Assembly: GCA_965243605.1 (NCBI GenBank)
Contig: CBDEVQ010000100.1
Location: forward strand, 45,888 to 109,887
Length of the DNA: 64,000 nt
Direction of reading: 5' to 3'
Source of the DNA: Flavobacteriales bacterium
GTDB taxonomy: Bacteria; Bacteroidota; Bacteroidia; Flavobacteriales; CAJXXR01
Made by a program: the position numbers and the translations under genes. Shown here piece by piece: positions 34,667 through 44,970 of the stretch. Under the pieces are notes generated by a model that saw only the letters and a list, made by a program, of their open reading frames with translations, did no database searches and was not told the DNA's origin. Within the stretch, counting starts at the first letter, position 1, and every line of letters begins with the position of its first letter.

Positions 34667-35652
34667 AATGACTATCCGCTTGTTTACCTAAATCATTAAC
34701 TTGGTAATAATCTTAAATCTATCCTTTATATATCTTGTATTTAATTTGAAACAAAACTCGTCAAGATATTGCTTTAAATATTCTTTAGTAATGCAATGAT
34801 AAATACCTAATAAATTTCTTTTTAAGTTAGAAATATTAATATGAATCCATTTTAGATTTGTGTTCCATATTTTAGGTGATATTTCTTGAATATGATTCTG
34901 TACAAACCGCTTTAAATCAACATAGCTTTTAGATTTATCCGTAAATAAAATAGCATCTGGATCGATGTGTTTATGTACGAGTTTATTAATGGATTCTTTT
35001 TTCTCATTATCAAGGATATTCATTTTAATAAGGCCTAATCTCTTAGAGGTTTTCCCTTGAGCATCTTCTAAAATCATAGATTCATTCATTACCGATATAG
35101 CTTGCTTCTTTTGACTCCCTTTACCTCTTTTTAATTGGGTTATAGATGTTGTTTTACTGGATATTGAAACAAATGCTTCATCCATTTCAACCATATCCTT
35201 TAATCGTTTTTGAGAGGTTAGCTTGGACATGCTTACACGTATTTTACGCATAAGTATTAAAATAGGCTCATAACGTGTATGCCCTAATTGTCTTTGGATT
35301 TCTAGAGCTGAAAATCCCTTTTTAGTACTTGTCATAAGATGGGTAACAAGATACCAATATTGAAAGGGAAGTTTACTATTTTCCATTATAGTTCCACTCT
35401 TTAACGTGGTTCTAAAACGACAAGATACACATTCAAACTGTTCTTTTATATCTAACCATTTATGGCTAAGACCAGAACATTTCTTGCAGACAACACCATG
35501 GCGTAAACGTAGATCACGCCAATGGAGTTTACAACTTAATTCATCTGGAAATGTAGTGTGAAACGATAGTAAATTCATCTTAATAATTTCTTACCAATTT
35601 ACAGGACTTATTGGACAGTTTATGTCAATGGGTAAACTAACGGATAGTCATA
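34667..35652 (-). mobile_element. IS1595-family insertion sequence, copy 1 (986 bp)
   Basis: TIRs ATGACTATCCGCTTGTTTACC and GGTAAACTAACGGATAGTCAT (19/21 match); 8-bp TSD TAGTTTAA at 34659-66 and 35653-60. Confidence 0.95.
34688..35578 (-). CDS. IS1595-family (ISXO2-like) transposase
   Basis: Zn ribbon CKKC..CVSC, HTH, VEMDEAF, LFTD, WIHINISNLKR, YLDEFCFKLN. Confidence 0.95.
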   Translation of the reverse strand: MNLLSFHTTFPDELSCKLHWRDLRLRHGVVCKKCSGLSHKWLDIKEQFECVSCRFRTTLKSGTIMENSKLPFQYWYLVTHLMTSTKKGFSALEIQRQLGHTRYEPILILMRKIRVSMSKLTSQKRLKDMVEMDEAFVSISSKTTSITQLKRGKGSQKKQAISVMNESMILEDAQGKTSKRLGLIKMNILDNEKKESINKLVHKHIDPDAILFTDKSKSYVDLKRFVQNHIQEISPKIWNTNLKWIHINISNLKRNLLGIYHCITKEYLKQYLDEFCFKLNTRYIKDRFKIITKLMI

Positions 35653-35784
35653 TAGTTTAATAGCCCAAAGCACTTAATCCTATCCTTCCAGAATGTTTTT
35701 TTAAGAGTACGTCAGGTTTTATAAACAGATACTAATAATAATGTGAACAGCCTTATTATTAATGTTTCCAAAATTCTATAAATC

Positions 35785-35816
35785 GAAAAAGTCTACTAAT
35801 GCTAGTAGACTTTTTC
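35785..35816. terminator. Bidirectional terminator-like hairpin
   Basis: GAAAAAGTCTACTA-atgc-TAGTAGACTTTTTC downstream of the acyltransferase gene. Confidence 0.75.
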
Positions 35817-35859
35817 ATTTGGGGTATAATTTGTTTTTAAATACATATTAATATTTCTA

Positions 35860-36927
35860 TTATAGTTTATGATGCAAACCAAATAGAGGCCTTAAATAAT
35901 AAATGCGTTTTATGATGTATTCATAAAGTATATAGCAGAAACAAAATGTAAAAAGTGAAATAGCAATAAACTTCAGAATAGGATGAATTTCTAGAGGCAA
36001 TATTAATAAAGCACCAATGTATAACCCTATCATATGAATGATATAAATTGGGTAAACACTTCGACTCAAGTAATGGAGTAATGCACTTGGTTTATTTAAG
36101 TATTTATAGCTTAATCCAAAACATCCAAGAATCCAACAGTTAGATTCTATTGCCATAAGGTATTTAGGAGTTGTGGTTTCAAAAATAATGAGTCGAGTAC
36201 AACATAAAACAATAGCGATTCCTATATACAACCATCTCCACTTTAACATGGTTTGCCAAAAAGATTTACCACTATAAAGGAAAATAAAACCAGAAAGGAA
36301 TGCGAATAAACCAAGGATAAATCCATGCCATGTGTTTGCATATAATTCAAAAATTTGAGGTTGAATGAATAGAGCCTCTAAAACAAAGACCATAGATATA
36401 GATAAAGGGCCTAACGGATATGCCATAAGAGAGGATAATGCTTTCCTAAATTTTCCATTTTCATTCTTTTTCAAAAAGACAAAAAGAGGAAGTAGCAACA
36501 CAACATAAACTAGAATATTCCCTAAGAACCAAAGATGCCCCAAATGAGGATAATAATTTAAAGGTAAGTTGTAATACTCCTGAAAAATATACATATGAAT
36601 AGGCGTTATTACAAGAATTCCAAAAACAAAAGGAAGTAAAATTCGCTTCGTACGTTCTATGAGTAACTGTTGCCAATTACGTTTCTTTAAGGCGAAAAAC
36701 AACCCCATTCCAGATACATAGAATAAAAGAGGAATTCTCCATATATTTATAATCGACATGATTTTCCATAAGGGTTCAATAGATTCTTTACTTTTAATAA
36801 ATCCAATAAACATGGCCCAAGGTTGAAAAATAATGGCAATGTGGTAAATTAATAATAATCCAATGGCCACAACACGCAACCAATCTATATCATATCTTCT
36901 TTCTGAGATCGTATTCGACATGCTCAT
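35860..36927 (-). CDS. Acyltransferase family 3 (OpgC/MdoC-like)
   Basis: RRYDIDWLR, RIPLLFYVSG, R..RILLP, HLWFL, YPIYIIH; about 10 TM segments. Confidence 0.9.
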   Translation of the reverse strand: MSMSNTISERRYDIDWLRVVAIGLLLIYHIAIIFQPWAMFIGFIKSKESIEPLWKIMSIINIWRIPLLFYVSGMGLFFALKKRNWQQLLIERTKRILLPFVFGILVITPIHMYIFQEYYNLPLNYYPHLGHLWFLGNILVYVVLLLPLFVFLKKNENGKFRKALSSLMAYPLGPLSISMVFVLEALFIQPQIFELYANTWHGFILGLFAFLSGFIFLYSGKSFWQTMLKWRWLYIGIAIVLCCTRLIIFETTTPKYLMAIESNCWILGCFGLSYKYLNKPSALLHYLSRSVYPIYIIHMIGLYIGALLILPLEIHPILKFIAISLFTFCFCYILYEYIIKRIYYLRPLFGLHHKL

Positions 36928-36937
36928 TATTTATAAG

Positions 36938-37531
36938 TTATTGTAACATATTTGAGATAACAGGGCGTGTTTTTTCTATTTCGTTTAAATCTATTTTTAA
37001 CCCTATTGGCGACAATTGTTCTTGAAGCATAATATAGATTGGTTTAATACTTGGGAAAGGACCCATTACTGATTCCCTAGGAGTAGCACCAAAATTATTT
37101 CTAATAGACATATCTGCATGGGCATCTTTCAACATTTGAACAATTTCTATTCTGCAAAAGAATGCCGCACAATGTAATGCTGTAGAACCATCATTGTTTT
37201 GAATAGATAAATCTGCACCAGCATCAATAAGTAATTTAGCAATATCATTTTTACCGAACGTTGCAGCTGTAATTAATGGTGTTGATCCACTCATAGCTTC
37301 CTTTTCGTTAATATTTGTTTTTGCTTTAATATGTTGTTTAACGGCTTCTATATTGCCTGTTATTACAGCGGTATTAATTGGGACATCTGGAGTTGTAATT
37401 GATGATTCAGAAATTAAATCCGATTTGGAATCCGAAGGACTATTCGAAGTATTACATGAATTTGTTAGAATCATAACCGGAAAAGAAAGGATTAACCATA
37501 TGATAGTTTTACTCATTTTAAGTGATTTCAT
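36938..37531 (-). CDS. Ankyrin-repeat lipoprotein
   Basis: GSTPLITAA, GSTALHCAA, GATP repeats; lipobox LTNSC. Start re-assigned to ATG 37531 (or 37516) rather than 37639, downstream of a CACCTTTG promoter-like box. Confidence 0.85.
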   Translation of the reverse strand: MKSLKMSKTIIWLILSFPVMILTNSCNTSNSPSDSKSDLISESSITTPDVPINTAVITGNIEAVKQHIKAKTNINEKEAMSGSTPLITAATFGKNDIAKLLIDAGADLSIQNNDGSTALHCAAFFCRIEIVQMLKDAHADMSIRNNFGATPRESVMGPFPSIKPIYIMLQEQLSPIGLKIDLNEIEKTRPVISNMLQ

Positions 37532-37629
37532 AGCGTTTGTGTTTTTTTTTACAAAGGTGAGATGAAAAGTAAGGAGGTCTGTAATACTTATGATTCTAAG
37601 AGTATTAAGTTTTGTGAAACAATAAGAAA

Positions 37630-37658
37630 TATGACGCATGTGTATAAATTATGATGCA
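37630..37658. promoter_or_regulatory. Possible AraC-type direct repeat in the divergent promoter
   Basis: TATGACGCA (37630-38) and TATGATGCA (37650-58), period 20. Confidence 0.35.
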
Positions 37659-37723
37659 AATACTCTATTTTACAACAATGAATGTTTATATCTTTTACTA
37701 ATTTAGACGAAGCAAAACACAGT

Positions 37724-39805
37724 ATGTCAAACGAAGGAAATATAGACGCTGATTTTATTGAAAAGATAGAATCCATTATTTTAGAGAATCTTTCTAACGA
37801 AAAATTTGGAGTTTCTGAGCTCGCAGAACATTTGAATATGAGTCGTTCTAACTTGCTAAGGAAAATCAAGAAAAACACTCAGCTTTCTGCAAGTCAATTT
37901 ATTCGTCAGGTTCGTTTAAATAAGAGTATGGAATTGCTTAAGGATACTTCTTATAATGTATCTGAAGTATCGTTTCAAGTTGGTTTCGGAAGTACGTCTT
38001 ATTTCATTAAGTGTTTTAGAGAGTATTTTGGGTATTCTCCAGGGGAGGCAAGAAAAAGCGTAAGCCCTGTCTTGTTAGAAGTGGAAGAGGAAGAAAATAA
38101 ACCTATTCCCGTTGCTTTTATCAAACAATATCGCAATCCAATACGTGTATTATCGCTATTTATTTTATTGTTAATTGTATCGTTTTTTATTTATAAAAAG
38201 ACTGATGAGAATCAAGGTTTAGATATAGAAAAATCGATTGCCGTATTGCCATTTAAAAATGAAAGCAGCGATTCGTCTAATCTATATTTTGTAAATGGTC
38301 TTATAGAATCTACGATTAATAATCTTCAAAAAATAAAAGATTTACGAGTTATCAGCAGAACCTCTGTAGAGAAATATAGATATACAAATAAGAATATTCC
38401 AGATATCGCAGAAGAATTGAATGTGAATTACTTGGTTGAAGGAAGTGGTCAACGGGTCGGAGATCGTATATTATTGAATATTCAATTGATAGATGCTTTA
38501 AAGGATAAAACCATTTGGGTTAAGCAGTATAATAAGCAAATTGTAGATGTATTTGAGCTGCAGAATGAAGTTGCAAAGAAAATTACCGAAGCTATAAAGG
38601 TAAAAGTAACCTCAGAGGAAATGAATTTTCTTGAGACCAAGCCTACAGAAAATGTTTTAGCCTATGAATATTACCTTAAAGCATTAGATCCATACAATAG
38701 AAGAACTAAAGAAGGATTAGAGGAAGCTATCGTTTTATTTGAAAAAGCGATAGAACAGGATTCCGAATTTTCATTAGCCTATGCTCATATAGCCTTTTCA
38801 TATTATTATATCGATTTATTTCAAAGAGAAAAGCAGTATTCAGAAATTATTAATAATAATGCAGATAAAGCTTTATTGTATAATACTAAATCTGCTGAAA
38901 GTCTAATTGCAAAGGCTTTATATTATATGCATATTAAAGAATATAAATTGGCATTACCTCATTTAGAAAAAGCCTTAGAGTACAATCCAAATTCATCCTC
39001 TGTTGTTAATATGTTATCAAATGTATATGCTAATTATTTACCGAATACATCAAAATATTTAACCTATGCTTTAAAGGGGATACAACTTGATATTGCAGCG
39101 AATGATTCCATAACTAGGAGCTATATTTATTTAAATTTAAGCAATGCATTAATTCAAAATGGCTTTGTAACGGAAGCTAGAAAGTACATTGATATAGCAT
39201 TGGATTATAATCCTGAAAATTATTTTGCACCCTATGCTAAAGCCTTTATTTTATATGCTCAAGACAAAAATATTGAACGAACTAAAGGTTTATTGATTGA
39301 TGAATTTCAAAAAGACACAACCCGTTTAGATATTCTACAAGAAGTTGCGAAATTACATTTCTTTCAAGAAGACTATGCTACAGCGTTTTTATATTACGAG
39401 GCGTTTGTAAAGGCTAGAAAAGAACGTGATTTGGAAATGTATCCACACGAAGATATTAAGATAGGAATCGTGTATGAAAAGATGGGGTTGAAAGCGGAGG
39501 CATCAGAGTTTTTAGATGCATATGCGACATATTGTAATAAGGATGAGTCTATTTATAAGTCTGCAAGTTTAGCTGCCCTATATGCACATGAAGGTAAAAT
39601 GGATGAAGCGATTGAGCAACTCAAAATTTTTGCCACTCAAAGCAATTACCAATATTGGATTTTAATGTTTATGGAAATGGATCCTGTTTTTAAATCCCTT
39701 AAAAATCATCCAGATTTTGATACGGTTATGCAGAAAATTAAAGTTAATTTTTGGAGTAATCAAGAGGAATTAAAGTTGGCCCTTGAGAAGGAAGGTTTGT
39801 TATAG
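37724..39805 (+). CDS. Membrane-spanning AraC-HTH regulator with periplasmic TolB-N-like and TPR domains
   Basis: N-terminal AraC HTH (VSELAEHLNMSRSNL..VGFGSTSYFIKCF), a single TM, KSIAVLPFKN..LRVISRTS and several TPRs. Likely start is ATG 37724 (ORF track 37682). Confidence 0.87.
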   Translation: MSNEGNIDADFIEKIESIILENLSNEKFGVSELAEHLNMSRSNLLRKIKKNTQLSASQFIRQVRLNKSMELLKDTSYNVSEVSFQVGFGSTSYFIKCFREYFGYSPGEARKSVSPVLLEVEEEENKPIPVAFIKQYRNPIRVLSLFILLLIVSFFIYKKTDENQGLDIEKSIAVLPFKNESSDSSNLYFVNGLIESTINNLQKIKDLRVISRTSVEKYRYTNKNIPDIAEELNVNYLVEGSGQRVGDRILLNIQLIDALKDKTIWVKQYNKQIVDVFELQNEVAKKITEAIKVKVTSEEMNFLETKPTENVLAYEYYLKALDPYNRRTKEGLEEAIVLFEKAIEQDSEFSLAYAHIAFSYYYIDLFQREKQYSEIINNNADKALLYNTKSAESLIAKALYYMHIKEYKLALPHLEKALEYNPNSSSVVNMLSNVYANYLPNTSKYLTYALKGIQLDIAANDSITRSYIYLNLSNALIQNGFVTEARKYIDIALDYNPENYFAPYAKAFILYAQDKNIERTKGLLIDEFQKDTTRLDILQEVAKLHFFQEDYATAFLYYEAFVKARKERDLEMYPHEDIKIGIVYEKMGLKAEASEFLDAYATYCNKDESIYKSASLAALYAHEGKMDEAIEQLKIFATQSNYQYWILMFMEMDPVFKSLKNHPDFDTVMQKIKVNFWSNQEELKLALEKEGLL

Positions 39806-40080
39806 TCTTGATATTATTGTTTACGAATTATCCTTTCCTCAATTTCATTTGACCTTGCTATGATATATTAGGTGGAAGATGATACTTAATTAAGCATAAC
39901 AAAAAATCTAGGATAAATTTATGATTCCATTAAAAGAGATTTATTAATGAAAGGGAAACAGTACCAGTAGAAGATATATTCTTAAGAAGGAACAATGGTT
40001 AGTTTCTATATTTTAATCGTTTTATTTGAGCATAGTTTGGAAATACTGCTTTACTTGTTCAAACGATCAATATATAATAT

Positions 40081-40431
40081 TTGATGAATTATATATATTT
40101 GATGTATAATACTAAATTCATGCAGGAAATTTTTTTAGCATTTGTTGTAATAAGCTCGTTGGTTGCTATTTTTTCGTTTACGATAGCATTTTATATAAAT
40201 ATTTGGATTTATTATTCGGCCGATAAAAATAAATATCCTTTTTTCCCAATTCTAAATCCTTTTTCTATAGCTTCATATGAGTTAATGTTAAACTCAATGA
40301 TTAAATTCAATTGGAAAGTCGAGAATAAAGCCAAAGGGTTAAAACGAAATTCAAATATGCTAAGAAAGTTTGCAGGAATACTGCTATTACTTAATATTAT
40401 TCTTGTAGTATGGTCTGGTTTTTTTGATTAA
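40081..40431 (+). CDS. Hypothetical small membrane protein
   Basis: Two hydrophobic segments; start uncertain (possibly MQEIFL). Confidence 0.5.
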   Translation: MMNYIYLMYNTKFMQEIFLAFVVISSLVAIFSFTIAFYINIWIYYSADKNKYPFFPILNPFSIASYELMLNSMIKFNWKVENKAKGLKRNSNMLRKFAGILLLLNIILVVWSGFFD

Positions 40432-40512
40432 TACTTAGGTATAGTAAAATATTTTAAGATCAAATTAAATATTTGAGTAACGCTAAATGTACTCATTAAA
40501 ATTCTTATAAAA

Positions 40513-41087
40513 ATGAATAAATTAATTCTATTATTTGCCGTATTGTATTCTTTTACCATAGACGCTAAACAGGTGAAAGGTTTAGTTGTTATAGATGGTA
40601 AAAGTCAAGAGGTATATTTAGAGGTACCATATAGTAAAAAAGACAAATTATTATATGATAATTTATGTGATGAGCTTGAAGTTTATGATGCAGATGGAAA
40701 TACATTTTTACCTAAACCGAGTAAAATTTCAAGAATTGAGTTTACAGATGAAGAGTATGGTAACTTAGTACTTGTAGCAATAAGTAAAAAAGGGCAAAAC
40801 TACCCGGCAGGTCATTACTATCTTACTATAGAGGAAGGTGAAATATTATTATTACGTTATGTTAAAGTGATGAATGGTGAAGATATAGGGAGCAATTATG
40901 GTCCAAGTAATCATTTTCTGTATCTAAAGAAATAGGTTTAATACGAGTTAATGGTTTTAATTTTAAAAAGAAGGTATTAAAGAATTTAAAGACTTGTAAA
41001 AAATTGAATAAAATGCTCAGTAAGAGAGATTATAGATTATCTGAAATGAAAAATATTATTAAAGTTTATAATCAATCTTGTATTTAA
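40513..41087 (+). pseudogene. Frameshifted exported hypothetical protein
   Basis: The signal-peptide ORF stops at 40935. The -1 frame is open from 40926 to TAA 41085-87 (KEIGLIRVNGFNFKKK..KTCKKL..IIKVYNQSCI). Confidence 0.6.
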
Positions 41088-41266
41088 GTTGAACACAGAT
41101 TTACTTTTGAGCCTTTTAAAATGAAGTGAGCTTGTGGTTGTGTGAAGGTTATTCCTTTTTAAAATTCGTTATAAACACAAAAAAAGTCAGGTGTTTTTAC
41201 GGGTACATAGCTTAAGACATTTAATTAGATTGCATACTAAATTATAGTATTAACAATCTAAGATAA

Positions 41267-43183
41267 ATGTCAATGGATAAAAGTAAAATAGATTATGTAT
41301 CAATATATCCTCCAGTGGGGATTGCTAGAATCGGAAATTCTCCAGAATATTTTTTAGCATCGGAAATACCAGGGGTTGAACCTGACCCATCGGGTGATTA
41401 TAAAGATGAAGACGGACGAATAAAAAAGCAAGCCGTAAAATTTAAAATCTATGCATTTGATAATGCCGGATGTGTACTTGGAGAAGTTACCAATGAAATG
41501 GCAAAAATTGATTGGCATGTACATGTTGCCAATGTAAAAGCTGCATGGTATGAATTTAATAATGCCTTAGATTTACCACAGGCTGGAATACCTTCAGCCT
41601 TTAGAAATAGCGATGAGAAAGACCGTTCTCAGTTAGCCATAAAGCCAACACCTGTTGAAATAACGGGTTCTAATACCAAAGGTGACGATTACAACTTTGA
41701 TGATGGAGCATTCTATGGAGAGAACGTCAATTTAGGAAAAGTAGAAACAGACGATAAAGGTAGAGTCATATTTGTTCCAGGAAATGGAGATGCTCAATCT
41801 AAAGATAATGAAGCACCAACCACGTTTGCGAATAATGAAGGTTGGCACGATGACACCTGTGATGGTGTTGTAAGAGCTAGAGTAGAAATTAATGGTGAAT
41901 TTTTTGATGCTACACCGGCAATGGTCGCTGTAACACCTCCAAATTTTGGTCCTGGGCTATTTGGTGTTGTCACGATGAATGATGTTGTTCAAGATCTTTT
42001 TATAAGAGAAATGAACTATCCAGACCCAGCAGCCAATGGAGTTGTGTTCTATAAACACATTTATCCTATTTTAGAAAGAATGACGAATACCCAATGGGTA
42101 AACGAAGGTTTCTCGGTTCTGTTTGGTCATAATTCACCTTCAGATTTCACAAACCCTTCTTTATTAAGCAAATTAGAAAATCCATCTAAGGAATTTAAGA
42201 ATCTAAGAGAGACTGTATTTGCATGGTTTAGAGATCCAAATTCTACAAAATATAAGCCTCAACAAGTCCCTCCATTTTATGGGGATGGTTTTGGTGAATA
42301 TGAAGGCCTGGCTATTGTAGATTTACCTATAACTGCAACACAATACAATCGATTAGAACAATGGGCTAATGGAACATTTATCAAAGGTGTAATTCCTAAA
42401 AAAGAAACGTTTAATAACTTGAGTTTAGAAGAACAAATAGAGGCTTTAAATCAGGCTCCTTTTGAAGAATGTTTAGGAGGTCCGTTCCACCCAGGTATAG
42501 AGTTAACATGGCCAATGCGTGTTAAGTCCATGTGGAAAGAACCATATCGATTAAAGGTGGTGAAAAAAGGAGAAGATACAGCATTAAATTTTGGTCCGCT
42601 TTTATCGCCTCAAATCGCATTAAGTGAAAATGGACCTCTTTCTAAAAGTGGACCAGGAGCATTAACCAGATGGTTAGGCGTACCTTGGCAAACGGATGAA
42701 GCAAGTTGCTTATCAGGCTATAATCCTTCTACATATTTACCATTACCTTCATTTTGGGCGGCCCGTGTTCCAAATCAGGTTTTAAGTGAAGATGGATTTA
42801 AACGTGTTAACGATGATCACGTTAATATTGCACAACGATTAAAGCATTTTGATTATAGACAAGATTGGTTGAGAGATTTAGGAACTCAATACTTGAGTAA
42901 AATTAATAAAATGGTGCACCGTTGGCATAACCTTGGTATTGTAACAAAACATGAGGAAAACATAGAAGATAGTACAGGATTTTTACCGAAAGTAGCTTGG
43001 GTAGAATCTGGAAGACCTTTACCTAAAGTAGACCCTAGTTTTGATCAGGTAGAGTATGCCGAAAATACAATTCCTGAATCTATAGAACCTAAGAAACCAG
43101 AAGGAAGGTTACGTTCGGCTAAATCGACTAAACCATTAAAGAGAAAAGCAAGTCATACGACTTATGGTCGTAATGAAATGTAA
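41267..43183 (+). CDS. LodA/GoxA-family CTQ-dependent amino-acid oxidase precursor
   Basis: IYPPVGIARIGNS, VHVANVKAAW, NEGWHDDTCDG, ECLGGPFHPGIE (CTQ Cys), PGALTRWLGVPWQTD (CTQ Trp), FWAARVP. Confidence 0.93.
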   Translation: MSMDKSKIDYVSIYPPVGIARIGNSPEYFLASEIPGVEPDPSGDYKDEDGRIKKQAVKFKIYAFDNAGCVLGEVTNEMAKIDWHVHVANVKAAWYEFNNALDLPQAGIPSAFRNSDEKDRSQLAIKPTPVEITGSNTKGDDYNFDDGAFYGENVNLGKVETDDKGRVIFVPGNGDAQSKDNEAPTTFANNEGWHDDTCDGVVRARVEINGEFFDATPAMVAVTPPNFGPGLFGVVTMNDVVQDLFIREMNYPDPAANGVVFYKHIYPILERMTNTQWVNEGFSVLFGHNSPSDFTNPSLLSKLENPSKEFKNLRETVFAWFRDPNSTKYKPQQVPPFYGDGFGEYEGLAIVDLPITATQYNRLEQWANGTFIKGVIPKKETFNNLSLEEQIEALNQAPFEECLGGPFHPGIELTWPMRVKSMWKEPYRLKVVKKGEDTALNFGPLLSPQIALSENGPLSKSGPGALTRWLGVPWQTDEASCLSGYNPSTYLPLPSFWAARVPNQVLSEDGFKRVNDDHVNIAQRLKHFDYRQDWLRDLGTQYLSKINKMVHRWHNLGIVTKHEENIEDSTGFLPKVAWVESGRPLPKVDPSFDQVEYAENTIPESIEPKKPEGRLRSAKSTKPLKRKASHTTYGRNEM

Positions 43184-43193
43184 TACATTCACG

Positions 43194-44297
43194 ATGGAAA
43201 ATTCAACATATAAAGTTCTTATTATTGGAGCAGGCCCAGCAGGGCTTGCTGCTTCTTTAACCCTATCGGCCTATAACATTTCGCATGGTTTAATAGACGC
43301 CAATACAACGGCTGTTCAAAAACCTGGGGATGCCTTGCCACCTAATGCTAAGCCCTTGCTTAAACAATTGGGTATTTTAGATCTATTAAATAGTCCACAT
43401 CATATCCCTTATTATGGGAATAAGAGTATTTGGGGATCAAATGAAGTGCACGAAAAGGAATTTTTAGAAGATATTTATGGGCATGGTTATTTACTTGATC
43501 GGTTACATTTTGAACATCAGCTTAGACAACTTGTTGAGAACAACTCTAACGATTTTTATAAAGGCTATCTTTTAAAGAAAGTCTATAGCCAAGAGAACGG
43601 GGTTGAGGTTGATATTCAAAAGGATTCAAAACAGATCAAACTGCAAGCCCAATTTATAATAGATGCTACGGGGAGAAAAGCTTCTGTATGTCGCCATTTA
43701 GGTGCAAATAAAAAAAATATAGATGAACAATTAACAATTTCATTCTGGCATCAGCTTAAGGACAAAATACCTCGTCAAATATGGATAGAGGCTACAGAGA
43801 ATGGATGGTGGTATCTTTCTCCCAATACATCTGACCAAGTAAATTGTATGTTTTTCACAAGTAAAACCATTATCCCTAAGGGGCATGCAATGGGTTCTTT
43901 TTTAAAGTATGAACTTGAACAAACACAGCATATAAAACAAATTATTCAGCCTACAGAACTAGAGCTTAAAGAGAATCATCTTATGCCAAGTGGAACAAGC
44001 TGTCTAGAACAGCCTTATGGCAAAAACTGGTTGGCAGTTGGTGATGCAGCCTTCTCATATGACCCTATTTCTTCTTATGGAATAACATCTGCTTTAGCAA
44101 CAGGTTTTTATGGGGCTCATGCCATTGCCGGAAAATTAACTGGTGAAAACGATGCATTTTTAACCTACCGATATGTTTTAGAAAACGGGGCTAAATCTTA
44201 TCTACAAAAATTAACCCATCAATACAATATGGAAAATAGGTGGCCAGAAAGTCCATATTGGAAAACACGATTAACAGAACAAGGCGTGAATGTATAA
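43194..44297 (+). CDS. LodB/GoxB-family flavoprotein (CTQ maturation)
   Basis: IIGAGPAG, KPGDALPP, DATGR, IEATENGWWY, AVGDAA.SYDPISSYG; directly after the lodA-like gene. Likely start is ATG 43194 (ORF track 43164). Confidence 0.9.
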   Translation: MENSTYKVLIIGAGPAGLAASLTLSAYNISHGLIDANTTAVQKPGDALPPNAKPLLKQLGILDLLNSPHHIPYYGNKSIWGSNEVHEKEFLEDIYGHGYLLDRLHFEHQLRQLVENNSNDFYKGYLLKKVYSQENGVEVDIQKDSKQIKLQAQFIIDATGRKASVCRHLGANKKNIDEQLTISFWHQLKDKIPRQIWIEATENGWWYLSPNTSDQVNCMFFTSKTIIPKGHAMGSFLKYELEQTQHIKQIIQPTELELKENHLMPSGTSCLEQPYGKNWLAVGDAAFSYDPISSYGITSALATGFYGAHAIAGKLTGENDAFLTYRYVLENGAKSYLQKLTHQYNMENRWPESPYWKTRLTEQGVNV

Positions 44298-44463
44298 TAT
44301 TTACCATGTTATTATACATTCCATTTTGTTGTAAATAGTGGAGTAAATAGAATTTTCGACTATTTAAATGCCTTGTCTTTTTAGATCTATAATTTGCTTG
44401 ATGTTGATGTTTCTGATTAAAATAGACACAACCCTTGCCCCATTGACTTGAAGGGTAAATGGT

Positions 44464-44970
44464 TTATTCATGGTTTTTTATAGGTAACATATTGGATGTA
44501 TCTACAGGAAAACTATCGTATTTGTTATACAGTTTTAGGTATTTTTCTGGATTTATAGGCGATTCGTTTAAAGTCTCATGTAAACCGTAAAAAAAACCTT
44601 CTCGTTTTTGTCCAGGATTAAACAATAGGGTAAGCGTTACCTCCTTATCGGAATCATTTCTAAATCCATGCGGTGTAAATCTGGGGATATACGCTATGGT
44701 TCCTTTGGTTGCAATATTGGTTTCATGACCAACTTGTATTGTTAACTCACCCGAGTTGACGATAAATGTTTCATCCATAAAACGGTGATAATGCAGTTTT
44801 GCACCAATCGTGTGAGGGGCTAAAACGATTTTATAAATACCAAGTTGGTCGTTGGTATATTCACTCGTAATTTTAAAGGTAAGTGACATACCTTTGATTT
44901 CTAAATATTCTCCTTCATCTGGTAGAACAATATGTGCCTGGTTCTTTAAAGAATCATTAAAATAGTCCAT
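44464..44970 (-). CDS. Cupin-domain protein
   Basis: LHYHRFMDETFIV..G and IPRFTPHGFRN cupin motifs. Confidence 0.88.
   Translation of the reverse strand: MDYFNDSLKNQAHIVLPDEGEYLEIKGMSLTFKITSEYTNDQLGIYKIVLAPHTIGAKLHYHRFMDETFIVNSGELTIQVGHETNIATKGTIAYIPRFTPHGFRNDSDKEVTLTLLFNPGQKREGFFYGLHETLNESPINPEKYLKLYNKYDSFPVDTSNMLPIKNHE

Noticed and set aside
39806-40512. attC/integron-like cassette boundaries around the small ORFs (GCATAAC near 39894)
   Set aside because: No matching complementary GTTRRRY box with an internal palindrome, no repetition of the element, and no integrase.
41185-41205. AGTCAGGTGTTTTTACGGGT upstream of lodA as a regulator site
   Set aside because: A single imperfect occurrence with no cognate regulator nearby; it cannot be supported.
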